DNA from: an uncultured delta proteobacterium
Lineage (GTDB): Bacteria; Myxococcota_A; Polyangia; Fen-1088
Direction of reading: 5' to 3'
DNA: 64,000 nucleotides
Assembly (NCBI GenBank): GCA_963767925.1
Contig: CAVYGB010000002.1
Location: 2,144,001-2,208,000 of the forward strand
The position numbers were made by a program, and so were the translations under genes. Under the pieces are notes generated by a model. The model saw only the letters and a program-made list of their open reading frames with translations. It was not told the origin of the DNA and made no database searches. Within the stretch, counting starts at the first letter, position 1; each line of letters begins with the position of its first letter. Positions 8,082 through 17,951 of this stretch are shown here, piece after piece.

Positions 8082-10526
8082 GTGATCTTGCTCGGAGACC
8101 TGCGTCTGGCTCTCAGGAGGCTGCTTCGGCAGCCAAGCTTCACGTTCGTGACGGTCTCCATCTTGGCGCTCGGCCTGGGGGCGACCACGGCCATGTTCTC
8201 GGTGATGAATGAGGCCATGTTCAGACCCCTTCCTTACCCGCGCCCGAACGCCCTGGTGCAGCTACGGGTGGAAGTGGGCGGGCCGGAGGCGAGCGTGAAC
8301 CGCCTGTCGCCCTTCGTCTTTCGCCACCTACGCGAGCACAACCAGGTGCTCGCGGGCATCGCGGCCGTCGCCGACAGTCAAATCGGGCTCTCGTACGCGG
8401 GCCAGCCGCCGGAAACCGAGGTCACGCTCATGAACGTCACCGCTGACTTCTTTCCCATGTTGGGGATGCCGGCGGCTCTTGGGCGGGTGCCTTCTCCGGA
8501 CGAGGACCAGGAGGGGCGGAATCAGGTCGTGGTGCTCAGCGATCGACTGTGGCGTCAGCAATTCGGGGGCGACCCGGCGGTGCTGGGCAAGTCTCTCCAG
8601 CTCGGCACGCAAATCGTGACGGTGATTGGAGTGATGCCCCTGCAATTCACGGATCCGATGCGCCGCCGGACCCGGGCCGACCTGTGGCAGCCCTTCGGTT
8701 TGCCCGCGGTCAGTATGAATCCCAAGAACACCGCAAATCTGACGGTCTGGGCCCGGCTCAAGCCAGGTGTGAGCAGCAAAGCCGCCGCGGCTCATCTGAC
8801 CGGGTTGCTCGGCAATCTCGGGGACGGGCAAGCGCGCTGGGCGTCGATGAGGTCTCTAGGCGACGATTCAGCCCTGGAGGGGGAAAGCCTGAGCGGCATC
8901 CGGTTTACCACGGGCCTGTCGGTGTTCGTGCTCTTCATCGCGAGCGTCAATCTGGCGGGACTTCAGCTGGCCCGATTGGCCGCCCGGGGCCACGAGCAGG
9001 CAATCCGCGTCGCGCTCGGGGCTAGCCGCCTCCGTCTGATGCGGGAGACGTTCGCCGAGAGCCTCCTGTTGAGCGTGATGGGAGGGGCTCTGGGGCTTCT
9101 GTTGTCAAACTGGTGCACGGCTCTTTTCGCCAGCCGGCTGGAACTCACAAATGGCCCCCGGGCGGTCGGGTTTTCTGTGGGGGTCGATTGGCGCGTGTGG
9201 ACCTTCGCGGGCATCAGCGTGCTGGTAGTTGCGCTCATCGTGGGGACCGCTCCGGCGTGGCTGCGGGGACGCGAGCAGCTGGCTCAGACTTTGCGGAAGG
9301 GTGCCCGGGGCGCGACCGATCGCGGACAGCCGCGTCTGAAAACATCGCTGGTGGTGGTGCAAATGGCCATGGCACTGGTGTTGTTGATGGGCGGCGGTCT
9401 GTTCGTTCGGGGGCTGGAGCGACTGGCCGCGGCAAACCCGGGCTGGCAGGTGGACGACCTGCTGTTCGGTGAAGTGACGCTCAAGGGCGAGCGCTACAAG
9501 CAGCCCGCGGATCGCGTGGCCTACGGGGAAAACTTGCAACGACAAGTGGGCGCCTTGCCCGGTGTCACCGGCGTTGCCCTGGCAGACTCCTTGCCGTACA
9601 AACGCCCGGAGACGGTGTTGAGCTTGAAGGTCGAAGGTCTTGCCGCTACGCCTCGCCGGCTCCGCAGTGAGATCGTCGGAGTTTCCAGCGACTACTTCAG
9701 CGCGCTCGGTATAGACGTCCGCGAGGGCCGGGGGCTTGGTCGCCAGGATGTCCTCAACGGCCTGCCCGTGGTGGTGGTCAACGACGCCATGGCGCGTGAT
9801 CTGTGGCCCGGGGCGAGCCCCATCGGCAAGCGGGTCTCGTTGGGCTGGGACAATCCGGACGTTTTGGCTCCGTTCAAGGCCTGGAAAGTGGTCGTCGGTG
9901 TCGTCGCGACCGTCGGCCATCCGGGAGACGTCGAGGATCCCAATACCCCATATCAGGCATATTATCCGTTCGGGCAGTTTCCCGGATCGGGGATCCATCT
10001 GGCCGTCCGGGCCAAAGGGCCTCCCGAGGCGCTCATCGGGGCGGTCCGGCACGCAGTGGCCCAGGTGGATCCCAACCTGCAGCTCAAGCGCCCGATCGGC
10101 GCTCGTTCGCTCATCGAGCGGGAACTCTCGAACTTCCGGGTCTTCGCCTGGGCGATCGTTGGTTTTGCCGGACTTGGGCTTCTGCTCGCCTCCCTCGGGA
10201 TCTACGGTCTGTTCTCGGGCTTGGTGACCGAGCAGACCCGTGAGATCGGGGTGCGCATGGCCATCGGCGCTACCCGCCGCCAGGTCGTGTGGCTAGTCCT
10301 TCGCAAGGGCCTGCGGATCGCCGGAATCGGCGCGCTCGTGGGTATAGTGGCTGCCATGGCGGTCGTGCCGATGTTGCGCTCGGTCGCATACGGCCTGCCA
10401 CCGCACGAGCCACACCTGGTTCTGCTGCTCGCTTTGTTGCTGACGGGTGTGGCGGTGTTTGCGTGCTGGATCCCCGCACGCCGGGCTTCCCGGCTCGATC
10501 CCGTGAACGCCATCCGGCAAGACTGA
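8082..10526 (+). CDS. Duplicated MacB/FtsX-type ABC permease (ADOP-like)
   Basis: DLRLALRRLLRQPSFT start, two FtsX halves, REIGVRMAIGA, PARRASRLDPVNAIR end. Confidence 0.9.
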   Translation: MILLGDLRLALRRLLRQPSFTFVTVSILALGLGATTAMFSVMNEAMFRPLPYPRPNALVQLRVEVGGPEASVNRLSPFVFRHLREHNQVLAGIAAVADSQIGLSYAGQPPETEVTLMNVTADFFPMLGMPAALGRVPSPDEDQEGRNQVVVLSDRLWRQQFGGDPAVLGKSLQLGTQIVTVIGVMPLQFTDPMRRRTRADLWQPFGLPAVSMNPKNTANLTVWARLKPGVSSKAAAAHLTGLLGNLGDGQARWASMRSLGDDSALEGESLSGIRFTTGLSVFVLFIASVNLAGLQLARLAARGHEQAIRVALGASRLRLMRETFAESLLLSVMGGALGLLLSNWCTALFASRLELTNGPRAVGFSVGVDWRVWTFAGISVLVVALIVGTAPAWLRGREQLAQTLRKGARGATDRGQPRLKTSLVVVQMAMALVLLMGGGLFVRGLERLAAANPGWQVDDLLFGEVTLKGERYKQPADRVAYGENLQRQVGALPGVTGVALADSLPYKRPETVLSLKVEGLAATPRRLRSEIVGVSSDYFSALGIDVREGRGLGRQDVLNGLPVVVVNDAMARDLWPGASPIGKRVSLGWDNPDVLAPFKAWKVVVGVVATVGHPGDVEDPNTPYQAYYPFGQFPGSGIHLAVRAKGPPEALIGAVRHAVAQVDPNLQLKRPIGARSLIERELSNFRVFAWAIVGFAGLGLLLASLGIYGLFSGLVTEQTREIGVRMAIGATRRQVVWLVLRKGLRIAGIGALVGIVAAMAVVPMLRSVAYGLPPHEPHLVLLLALLLTGVAVFACWIPARRASRLDPVNAIRQD

Positions 10527-10654
10527 AAGGCCTGGCGCCGAGGGGCCGCGCGCGCTCGCTCGCGACTCGCGCCCCAAGATACGCGGCGGGCTGACCAGGG
10601 GACGTAGCATTGTGCGGCGGCTCGGATGCCGATCGCCGGATCATAATGCCGAGA

Positions 10655-11338
10655 ATGGATCGGCCCAGCAGGCCCGGCACCGAGGGAGACGACTGCAGCG
10701 CGGTCATTCTGCTTGCCCGTCAAATCCTCGGCGATCACGCCAAGGCGGTGGCGGATCTGGCAGGTTCCGTTGGCGCCCGGTTCGAGTTTGCGGTCGACCT
10801 CATCGCAGGCTGCGCGAATCGGCTAGTCCTGACCGGCGTGGGCAAGTCTGGCGTCGTGGCCAGACAGATCTCAGCCACCTTCGTCCGTACCGGCATGCCT
10901 AGCCTGTTCGTGCATCCGACCGATGCGGCTCATGGTGATCTGGGGGCCATCGCGGGCGACGATCTCGTGCTCGCCGTCTCCAGCTCGGGGCGGACGGAGG
11001 AGCTCCTCAGCCTGGTGCCCCACCTGCGCAGGCGATGCCGGGCCATCCTGGCGATTGTTGGCGACGAAAGGTCGCCGCTCGGAAGGGAAGCTGATCTTGC
11101 GCTCGAGGTGGCGGTCGCGGATGACGTCATGGTGGCGGCGCCCATGGCCTCCAGCGTGGCGACGCTGGCCCTCGCCGATGCTCTGGCGGTCTCGGTCATG
11201 CAACGACGTGCGTTGCCCAGAGAGGTGCTGGCCCGGAACCATCCGGGCGGGTCGCGCGGCGCTCTGGCCCGTCTCGCTGCAGAACTGGAGACGGCGCCTG
11301 GCCCGCCCAGCCGTGGGGCGGGAGGAGCGGCGGGTTGA
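10655..11338 (+). CDS. kdsD: Arabinose-5-phosphate isomerase (KdsD/KpsF SIS domain, no CBS domains)
   Basis: TGVGKSG, HPTDAAHGDLG, SSSGRTEE, NHPGG, then stop; directly upstream of kdsA; start uncertain (10610/10646/10655). Confidence 0.85.
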   Translation: MDRPSRPGTEGDDCSAVILLARQILGDHAKAVADLAGSVGARFEFAVDLIAGCANRLVLTGVGKSGVVARQISATFVRTGMPSLFVHPTDAAHGDLGAIAGDDLVLAVSSSGRTEELLSLVPHLRRRCRAILAIVGDERSPLGREADLALEVAVADDVMVAAPMASSVATLALADALAVSVMQRRALPREVLARNHPGGSRGALARLAAELETAPGPPSRGAGGAAG

Positions 11339-12207
11339 GCGTCGCGGGTGGCAGCGACTGGCCCCCGAGCGAGCCAGCCGCCCGCGTACGGGTGGGGGCG
11401 GTCGAGCTGAGCAACACCGGCCCACTGGCCATCATAGGAGGACTCAACGTCCTGGAGGACCAGGGCATGGTCAACGACGTTGCCAGCGCCTTCGTGGAGG
11501 AGACGCGGGCGGTCGGCCTACCCTTCATCTTCAAAGCCTCCTTCGACAAGGCCAACCGGAGCGCACCCGAGAGTCCCCGCGGCCCGGGACTGGCGGGGGG
11601 GCTGCACGTTCTCGCCGAAGTCAGGGCGCGCTTCCGCGTGCCGGTGCTCACGGACGTACACGAGGCTGGGCAGTGCCGGCCGGTGGCCGAGGTCGCGGAC
11701 GCGCTTCAAATCCCGGCGTTCCTCAGCCGCCAGACCGACCTCCTGCTCGCCGCGGCGGCCACGGGCCGTCCCCTGCACGTGAAGAAGATGCAGATGGCGG
11801 CGCCCTGGGACCTGGCTCACGTCGTGCGAAAGTGCCTGCAAGGGGGCAACGACCAGATCCTGCTCTGTGAGCGGGGGACGTTCTTCGGCTACGGGAACCT
11901 GGTGGTCGACCCCCTGGCGTTTCCAGAGCTCAAGAAGATCGGCTGCCCGGTGACCTTCGATGTTACCCACGCGCTGCAGCTCCCGGGAGCGAGGGGCTCC
12001 GCCGCCGGAGGACGGGCCGAACACACCGCTTCTCTGGCCCTGGCCGGGGTCTCGCAGGGCATCGCGGGCCTGTTCCTGGAGGTTCACCCGGAGCCGTCAC
12101 AGGCCCTGTGCGACGGGCCGTCGGCGCTGCCGCTGGCACAACTTTCCACACTTCTGCGCAAGGTCAAGCTGCTGGACAACTTGGTCAAGGGCGCCCTGTC
12201 CAAATGA
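11335..12207 (+). CDS. kdsA: KDO-8-phosphate synthase
   Basis: FKASFDKANRS, TDVHE, QIPAFLSRQTDLL, CERGTFFGYGNLVVD, DVTHALQ, CDGPSALP. Confidence 0.95.
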   Translation: MSVAGGSDWPPSEPAARVRVGAVELSNTGPLAIIGGLNVLEDQGMVNDVASAFVEETRAVGLPFIFKASFDKANRSAPESPRGPGLAGGLHVLAEVRARFRVPVLTDVHEAGQCRPVAEVADALQIPAFLSRQTDLLLAAAATGRPLHVKKMQMAAPWDLAHVVRKCLQGGNDQILLCERGTFFGYGNLVVDPLAFPELKKIGCPVTFDVTHALQLPGARGSAAGGRAEHTASLALAGVSQGIAGLFLEVHPEPSQALCDGPSALPLAQLSTLLRKVKLLDNLVKGALSK

Positions 12208-12241
12208 CCACTCGCTCGAAGCGGTCGTCACGGTGAAGAAC

Positions 12242-12949
12242 ATGGAAGGGAACCTGCCGCGCGTCTTCATTGGCTACGACAGCAAGCAGGACATCGCCTA
12301 CCACGTCCTACGGTATTCGATCCTCAGGCACACCTCCCAACCTCTCGACGTGAGGCCGATCGTGCTTTCGGAGCTGCAGTTTCCGCGTCAGCCCGACCCG
12401 CTGGCCTCGACGGAGTTCACCTACACGCGGTTCCTGGTCCCCTACCTGTGCGGCTTCTCCGGGCGCGCGCTGTTCATGGACTCCGACATGTTGTGTCTGG
12501 GTGATCTGAGCGAGTTGTTCCGGCTCGGCCTCGATCCCTGCTGGATCCGGGTAGTCAAGCACGACCACCGCCCTCTCGACGGCGTGAAGATGGACGGCCG
12601 CGCTCAACGGAGCTACCCGCGCAAGAACTGGTCGAGCCTCATGCTGATGGACTGCGAGAAGCTCACTGCCTGGAGCTACGAGAACGTGCTGGGAAAGTCA
12701 GGTGCCTGGCTGCACCGCTTCGAGCCGATCCCGGACGAGCGACTGGGGGAGCTCCCTTCAGAATGGAACGTCCTCGACCGGTACGACCATCATACGAAGA
12801 TGATCCACTACACGATGGGAGGGCCCTGGCTGCCCAACTATCGCAATCATCCCTACGGTGACATCTGGTTTCAGTACCGGGGCGAGGCAATCCGTGGGGG
12901 CGCGGTCACAACCGGTAGCCAAACGACGCGGGCCCAGTTGCATGGCTGA
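12242..12949 (+). CDS. GT8-like glycosyltransferase (copy 1)
   Basis: FIGYD, STEFTYTRFLVP, FMDSDML, YPRKNWSS, HYTMGGPW. Confidence 0.8.
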   Translation: MEGNLPRVFIGYDSKQDIAYHVLRYSILRHTSQPLDVRPIVLSELQFPRQPDPLASTEFTYTRFLVPYLCGFSGRALFMDSDMLCLGDLSELFRLGLDPCWIRVVKHDHRPLDGVKMDGRAQRSYPRKNWSSLMLMDCEKLTAWSYENVLGKSGAWLHRFEPIPDERLGELPSEWNVLDRYDHHTKMIHYTMGGPWLPNYRNHPYGDIWFQYRGEAIRGGAVTTGSQTTRAQLHG

Positions 12950-13652
12950 GCGAAAATTCTCTCCGGAGAGGAATCTGGAGCGCATCGCCGCTCTGCGCGG
13001 GCGCTTCGCAGGAGAACAATGCGTGGTGCTCTGCACCGGACCCTCGGTTCGGGACGCCGATTTGTCACTCATCGAGAAGCACCCGTTCGTCATGGGCGTG
13101 AATGGTTGCTATTTGCTCCGCAACAATTTGCGCTTCTACTTCGTCTCGAACCCATGGTTCGTTCACAACAACTCCGCCCGGATCGCCCAGATCGATACTG
13201 AGCGCATCTTCGTTCCCTGGTCATCTGCTGACGACTGTCTAGCCGCTGACATCGACGAGGAACGGCTGATCTTCTACGAGCTGAAGGACTATCTCATCAC
13301 CACGGAGATCACGACCGACCTCACCAGCCGGTTGCCACACGGCCCCCCCGTATTGCTGGCCATCGTGCTGCCCGCCCTAGTGTGGTGTGGGTTCCAGGAG
13401 GTCTTGCTGATCGGAGCAGACTTCCCGGTGCACGGCTACTCGCGCTTTCACACCGGGAATCGGGACGCACCCCGGCACGGGGCGAAGCCGCTCCACTTCT
13501 ACGAGGCCGAGATGGAGATAGGTCGATTTCGGGCATCCCTCTGGGCCCAGTACCTCCGCGAGAACCATCCCACCATGCGGGTGCTGAACTGTTCGCCGCG
13601 CTCCGAGCTCGAGGCGTTCGAGCGTGCCGATCTCCGCCAGGCGGTCCGGTGA
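12942..13652 (+). CDS. CstII/WaaZ/Maf-like protein, candidate CMP-ulosonate transferase
   Basis: CVVLCTGPS, MGVNG, GFQEVLLIGADF, VLNCS motifs; overlaps the kdsB start. Confidence 0.6.
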   Translation: MAERKFSPERNLERIAALRGRFAGEQCVVLCTGPSVRDADLSLIEKHPFVMGVNGCYLLRNNLRFYFVSNPWFVHNNSARIAQIDTERIFVPWSSADDCLAADIDEERLIFYELKDYLITTEITTDLTSRLPHGPPVLLAIVLPALVWCGFQEVLLIGADFPVHGYSRFHTGNRDAPRHGAKPLHFYEAEMEIGRFRASLWAQYLRENHPTMRVLNCSPRSELEAFERADLRQAVR

Positions 13653-14374
13653 GCAATCGTCTGACCAAGCTGGCGGTCATTCCTGCACGCATGGCATCCG
13701 TGCGGTTGCCTGGCAAGCCGCTGTTGCCCATCTCCGGAACCCCGATGCTGGAACGGGTGTACCGTCAGGCAGCGCTCTGCCGGCAACTCGACCGGGTGGT
13801 GGTGGCCACCGAGGACGAGGAGATCGTGTCGTTCTGCCGCGCGCGGGACATACCCGTGGAGCTCACGGCCCGTCACCCTTCGGGGACCGACCGCGTGGTC
13901 GAGCTCTCCGAGCGCCTGAAGGCCGACCTCTTCGTCAACATACAAGGTGATCAGCCCATGCTGGATCCTCGGCAAGTGGACATCCTCTTGAGCGTCTTCC
14001 AGCGCCGCCCGGAGGCGTCCGTGTCGACGCTGGTGGCTCCCCTGGCCGACGACAAGGCGTTCTCGCCCCATGTCGTCAAGGTCGTGCTGGCGTCGGATGG
14101 GCGGGCGCTGTATTTCTCCCGAGCCCTGGTACCCCATGGCGCGACTGCCCGGCGCTGGCAACACATTGGCCTCTATGCGTACACGGCTGCCGCTCTGGCG
14201 ACCTTCAAGCGGAAGGGTCCCTCCCTGCTCGAGGGGGTCGAGAGCCTCGAACAACTCCGCTTTCTGGAGGCCGGTGTCCCCATCCACACCGCCCCCACCG
14301 AGATCGTCACGCCGAGCGTCGACACGCAGGATGATCTCAGGTTCGTGGAGCGACAGCTGGAGACAGAGGCCTGA
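13649..14374 (+). CDS. kdsB: CMP-Kdo synthetase
   Basis: IPARMASVRLPGKPL, SGTDRV, NIQGDQP, ALYFSR, HIGLYAY, ESLEQLR, VDT. Confidence 0.93.
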   Translation: MSNRLTKLAVIPARMASVRLPGKPLLPISGTPMLERVYRQAALCRQLDRVVVATEDEEIVSFCRARDIPVELTARHPSGTDRVVELSERLKADLFVNIQGDQPMLDPRQVDILLSVFQRRPEASVSTLVAPLADDKAFSPHVVKVVLASDGRALYFSRALVPHGATARRWQHIGLYAYTAAALATFKRKGPSLLEGVESLEQLRFLEAGVPIHTAPTEIVTPSVDTQDDLRFVERQLETEA

Positions 14375-15330
14375 TGGCGTCGCGCCGCTCTCGAGCCTGC
14401 ATCGTGACCACGGTTCGCGATCCCGGACCCTCGCTGGTGTCCTTCCTGCAGTACCACCGACGAATCGGGTTCGATCACATCTTCGTATTCTTCGACGACC
14501 CCCACGATCCCTGGCTAGCGGTCGCTCGGAGCCATCCGGACGTGACGGCGCTGCCGTGTACCCCTGAGTTGAGGCAGCAGCAACGGGCCCGAGTCGAGGG
14601 GTTCGAGGCTCAGGCTCCGCTGCTCGACAGCGACGTGATGGCTCGGCAGGTTCTCAACGCCGACCACGCCCTCTGGCTGGCGCGGGAGCGCGGCGCTGAC
14701 TGGCTCTTGCACCTGGACGTCGATGAGCTCTTCCTGGCGGTGGAGTCTGTGGACGCGCATTTCGCGAGCATCCCCGACCATGTTGGGCAGGCCCGCTACT
14801 TGAATTTCGAAGCTGCACCGCAGGTCATGGAGATGGCGGACCACTTCCGCAGTGTCACGCTGTTCAAGGTCCACCCCGCGCTTTGCTCTCCCGGGGCTCT
14901 AGAAGGATGGCTGTCCGCGACCGGCCGCCGTTTTTTCTTCACGGCCTATGACAATGGCAAGGCGGCGGTCCGCGTGGTCCCTGGGGCTGCCGCCTGGGGC
15001 GTGCACCAGTTTGCGGGCCCGCCCGGCCTGCAGACCGTGCAGCTTGGATACCCGTGCGTCCTGCACTACGTGAACTGCGGCTTCGAGAACTACCAGCGAA
15101 AGTACCGCTTCATTCGGGAGTTCGCCGAGACGTGGTTCGATCGCTGGCCCCCGCTGCCGTTTCTGCGCGATTCGCGCGAGCTTGCCCTGAATGGAGACGC
15201 CGATGCTCAGCGACAGTTCTATCGCGAGAGCGTGATCTATTCGGATGAGCATGAGGTTCAAGACATGCTCGCGGCTGGGCTGGCAGTGAAGATCGGCCTG
15301 CCCAAAGCGTTGCTCGAGCAGCCCACTTGA
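14374..15330 (+). CDS. GT2-like (Glyco_tranf_2_4/GT92-like) glycosyltransferase
   Basis: YHRRIGFDHIFVFFDD, RQVLN, WLLHLDVDEL, GKAAVR, LHY. Confidence 0.8.
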   Translation: MASRRSRACIVTTVRDPGPSLVSFLQYHRRIGFDHIFVFFDDPHDPWLAVARSHPDVTALPCTPELRQQQRARVEGFEAQAPLLDSDVMARQVLNADHALWLARERGADWLLHLDVDELFLAVESVDAHFASIPDHVGQARYLNFEAAPQVMEMADHFRSVTLFKVHPALCSPGALEGWLSATGRRFFFTAYDNGKAAVRVVPGAAAWGVHQFAGPPGLQTVQLGYPCVLHYVNCGFENYQRKYRFIREFAETWFDRWPPLPFLRDSRELALNGDADAQRQFYRESVIYSDEHEVQDMLAAGLAVKIGLPKALLEQPT

Positions 15331-15342
15331 TGGAAAATTGAC

Positions 15343-16041
15343 ATGGAAGCCACCAGCCCACCGCGCATCTTCATCGGTTACGACAGCCGGCAAGATATTG
15401 CCTATCAGGTCCTCCGGCACTCGATACTCAAACACACCTCCCGTCCCCTCGACATCCGCCCTCTCGTCCTGGCCGATCTGAAGTTCTCGCGCCCCATCGA
15501 TCCTCTGGCTTCCACCGAGTTCACGTATACCCGCTTCCTGGTTCCTTACCTGTGCGGCTACTCGGGGCGGGCGCTCTTCATGGACTCGGACATGCTTTGC
15601 CTGAGCGACCTGAGCGGGCTCTTCGAGCTGAGCATCGAGCCCTACTGGCTGCGGGTGGTCAAACACGACCAGCAGGCGGTCGACGGTGTGAAGATGAACG
15701 GTCGGCCGCAGCGCAACTACCCGCGCAAGAACTGGTCCAGTCTCATGCTCATGGATTGCACCAAGCTGACGGCCTGGAGCTACCAGAACGTGCTCAGCCA
15801 GTCGGGGGCCTGGCTGCACCGCTTCGAGCCAATCCCCGATGATCGGATCGGAGAGCTCCCGTCGGTGTGGAATGTGCTGGATCGTCAGGATCCGGACACC
15901 AAGATGATCCACTACACCGAGGGCGGGCCCTGGTTGCCCAATTACCGGAATCATCCGTTCGGGGCGATATGGTTCCAGTATCGAGACGAGGTGCTGGCGG
16001 TCGCCGGACAGGGGGACGCTTCATCGGTGGCGGGCGGGTGA
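15343..16041 (+). CDS. GT8-like glycosyltransferase (copy 2)
   Basis: Same motifs as 12242..12949; colinear paralog. Confidence 0.8.
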   Translation: MEATSPPRIFIGYDSRQDIAYQVLRHSILKHTSRPLDIRPLVLADLKFSRPIDPLASTEFTYTRFLVPYLCGYSGRALFMDSDMLCLSDLSGLFELSIEPYWLRVVKHDQQAVDGVKMNGRPQRNYPRKNWSSLMLMDCTKLTAWSYQNVLSQSGAWLHRFEPIPDDRIGELPSVWNVLDRQDPDTKMIHYTEGGPWLPNYRNHPFGAIWFQYRDEVLAVAGQGDASSVAGG

Positions 16042-16045
16042 CGGC

Positions 16046-17317
16046 GTGGACCAGAACCTGCCCGCAAACGTGCTGGAGCGGTCGCCGATCGCCCTGACCG
16101 GCGACCCGGACCGGCCAGAGCCGCCGGCTGCCCCGCCCCCGCCGCCCCCGCAGATCCGGGAGTTGCAGGATCTGGCCAACGTCATCGAACACCGCTGGCA
16201 GAGAGTCCATCGGGACGAGCGGAGGTTCACCGAGATCGCTCTCGAAGCCCTGGCTCGTTGCCCGGTCCACCGGCTGGACCTCGGCCAGCTCTTGGCCTGG
16301 GCCCTGACAGGGCCGCGGCTACCGACGCAGGCCGATCCCGACTCCAGCTTCGGCGAGCCATCTTTGACAGTGGTCAATCGGGACGGCTTCCAGGTCGATC
16401 TCCTTTTCTGGCTCGACGGGACCACCACCATCCACCAGCACCAGTTCTCCGGCGCTTTCCGGGTCGTGATGGGCTCCAGTCTTCACAGTGAGTTCTCCTT
16501 CACGCAACGCCAGCGAGTCAGCTCCCGTCTGTCTCTCGGGGACCTCACCTTCGACCGGGCCGAGCTGCTCGAGGAGGGGGATACGCGACCGATCCACGCC
16601 GGCGATCGCCTCATCCATTCCGTGTTTCATCTGGACCGGCCCTCCATGACGCTGGTCGTCCGCACCCGGCACGAGGTGGACGCGCTTCCTCAATTCGACT
16701 ACCTGCCGCCCGGGATAGGTATCGATCCGTCCCTCCGACCCACCAGCCTGCGAAAGCGGATCCAGCTCCTGCGCACGATGATGCGGCTCGATCATCCGGC
16801 CGTCGCCGAAGGGGTGCAGGGGCTATTCAAGGCGGCCGACCTGGAGACCGCCGCTCTGCTGCTCAGGTGCCCGGACATCTTCTCCGCGTTCGACGCCCGC
16901 AAGGAGCTTCTCGAGCAAAGAGGCCGTTTCGGGAGCGCGATGGACTGGCTGGTTCCGGCATATGACCATGCCCAGCGGATGAACGCGTTGGCGTTGTGGC
17001 GGCGAGTCCTGCGGTCGGTCGACCTGCGCCTGTTTCTCGGACTGACGCTCAATGTCCCCTCCCGCTCCGCGATCCTGAGCCTCATTCAGCAACGCTACGG
17101 TGGAAACCCGGTCGAGCTCGTGATGGGCTGGCTCAGGCAACTGGCCGAGCTGCAGCGGGGTGTTACCGAGGTCCAGCCGCTGATCGAGGGCGAGCTGACG
17201 GAAGCGGACCTGCAATCGCTGCAGAGTCTGCTGGATCGTCCGCGCGGCGCCTCGCTGGATCCCGACTCCCTGGGAAACCTCGGGCGCTCTCCGTTGCTCC
17301 GCCCCTTGCTGGCCTGA
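16046..17317 (+). CDS. Hypothetical protein with cupin-like metal-binding motif
   Basis: TTTIHQHQFSGAFRVVMG (HxH) and distal LIHSVFHL; helical C-terminus; last gene of the operon. Confidence 0.65.
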   Translation: MDQNLPANVLERSPIALTGDPDRPEPPAAPPPPPPQIRELQDLANVIEHRWQRVHRDERRFTEIALEALARCPVHRLDLGQLLAWALTGPRLPTQADPDSSFGEPSLTVVNRDGFQVDLLFWLDGTTTIHQHQFSGAFRVVMGSSLHSEFSFTQRQRVSSRLSLGDLTFDRAELLEEGDTRPIHAGDRLIHSVFHLDRPSMTLVVRTRHEVDALPQFDYLPPGIGIDPSLRPTSLRKRIQLLRTMMRLDHPAVAEGVQGLFKAADLETAALLLRCPDIFSAFDARKELLEQRGRFGSAMDWLVPAYDHAQRMNALALWRRVLRSVDLRLFLGLTLNVPSRSAILSLIQQRYGGNPVELVMGWLRQLAELQRGVTEVQPLIEGELTEADLQSLQSLLDRPRGASLDPDSLGNLGRSPLLRPLLA

Positions 17318-17951
17318 CCGCCTCCTGGGTGAGGCCGTCGGTTAGTTGGGGCGCGCAGCCTCCGGTCAAGGAGGCTGGCGCTCCCCGCGTCGCGGTGCTA
17401 CTGGGCGCCGAGGCGCCCGGTCGAAGACACCCAGAACAGGGATGACCGGCGACGTGCGGCCAGCTGTGTCCGGGCTCTCATCATGGGGTCAACCCCTTCG
17501 CGTGGTGCTACCAGCCGCAGACGCTGGAGCAAGGCCCCATGGTCTCAGCCAGCGGAGTGCCGCTGCTGATACCCTTGGCCAGGTCGAGCAGGCGCTGCCG
17601 GAGTTCGGCACGCTGGTCGTCCGAAAGACCGGGGAGGGCGGCGCCCCGCGCGAGGTTGCTGTCGTTGCTGTCAGACATGTTTTCGATCCTTTCTTGCCTA
17701 CAAATAGGCGTTCTCGACCGTAGCGGCGGTTGCGGTTTATTGTCAACGTCGATGCAGATGCCACGGCGACGTGCGGAACGCGCCGAATAGTGCGGGATAA
17801 CAAAGATTGCGGGTATTTAGGAAAGGATTCTTCGCTGGGCAATCAAGGCGCCGCAATTGGCAGCAGCACGGATCGACGAGGACCGCGACTCTCGCTGAGG
17901 CTTCTCGGGAGGAGCGCCGAGGGTGACGTGGGGTCCCTGGGAGCTGAGGCT

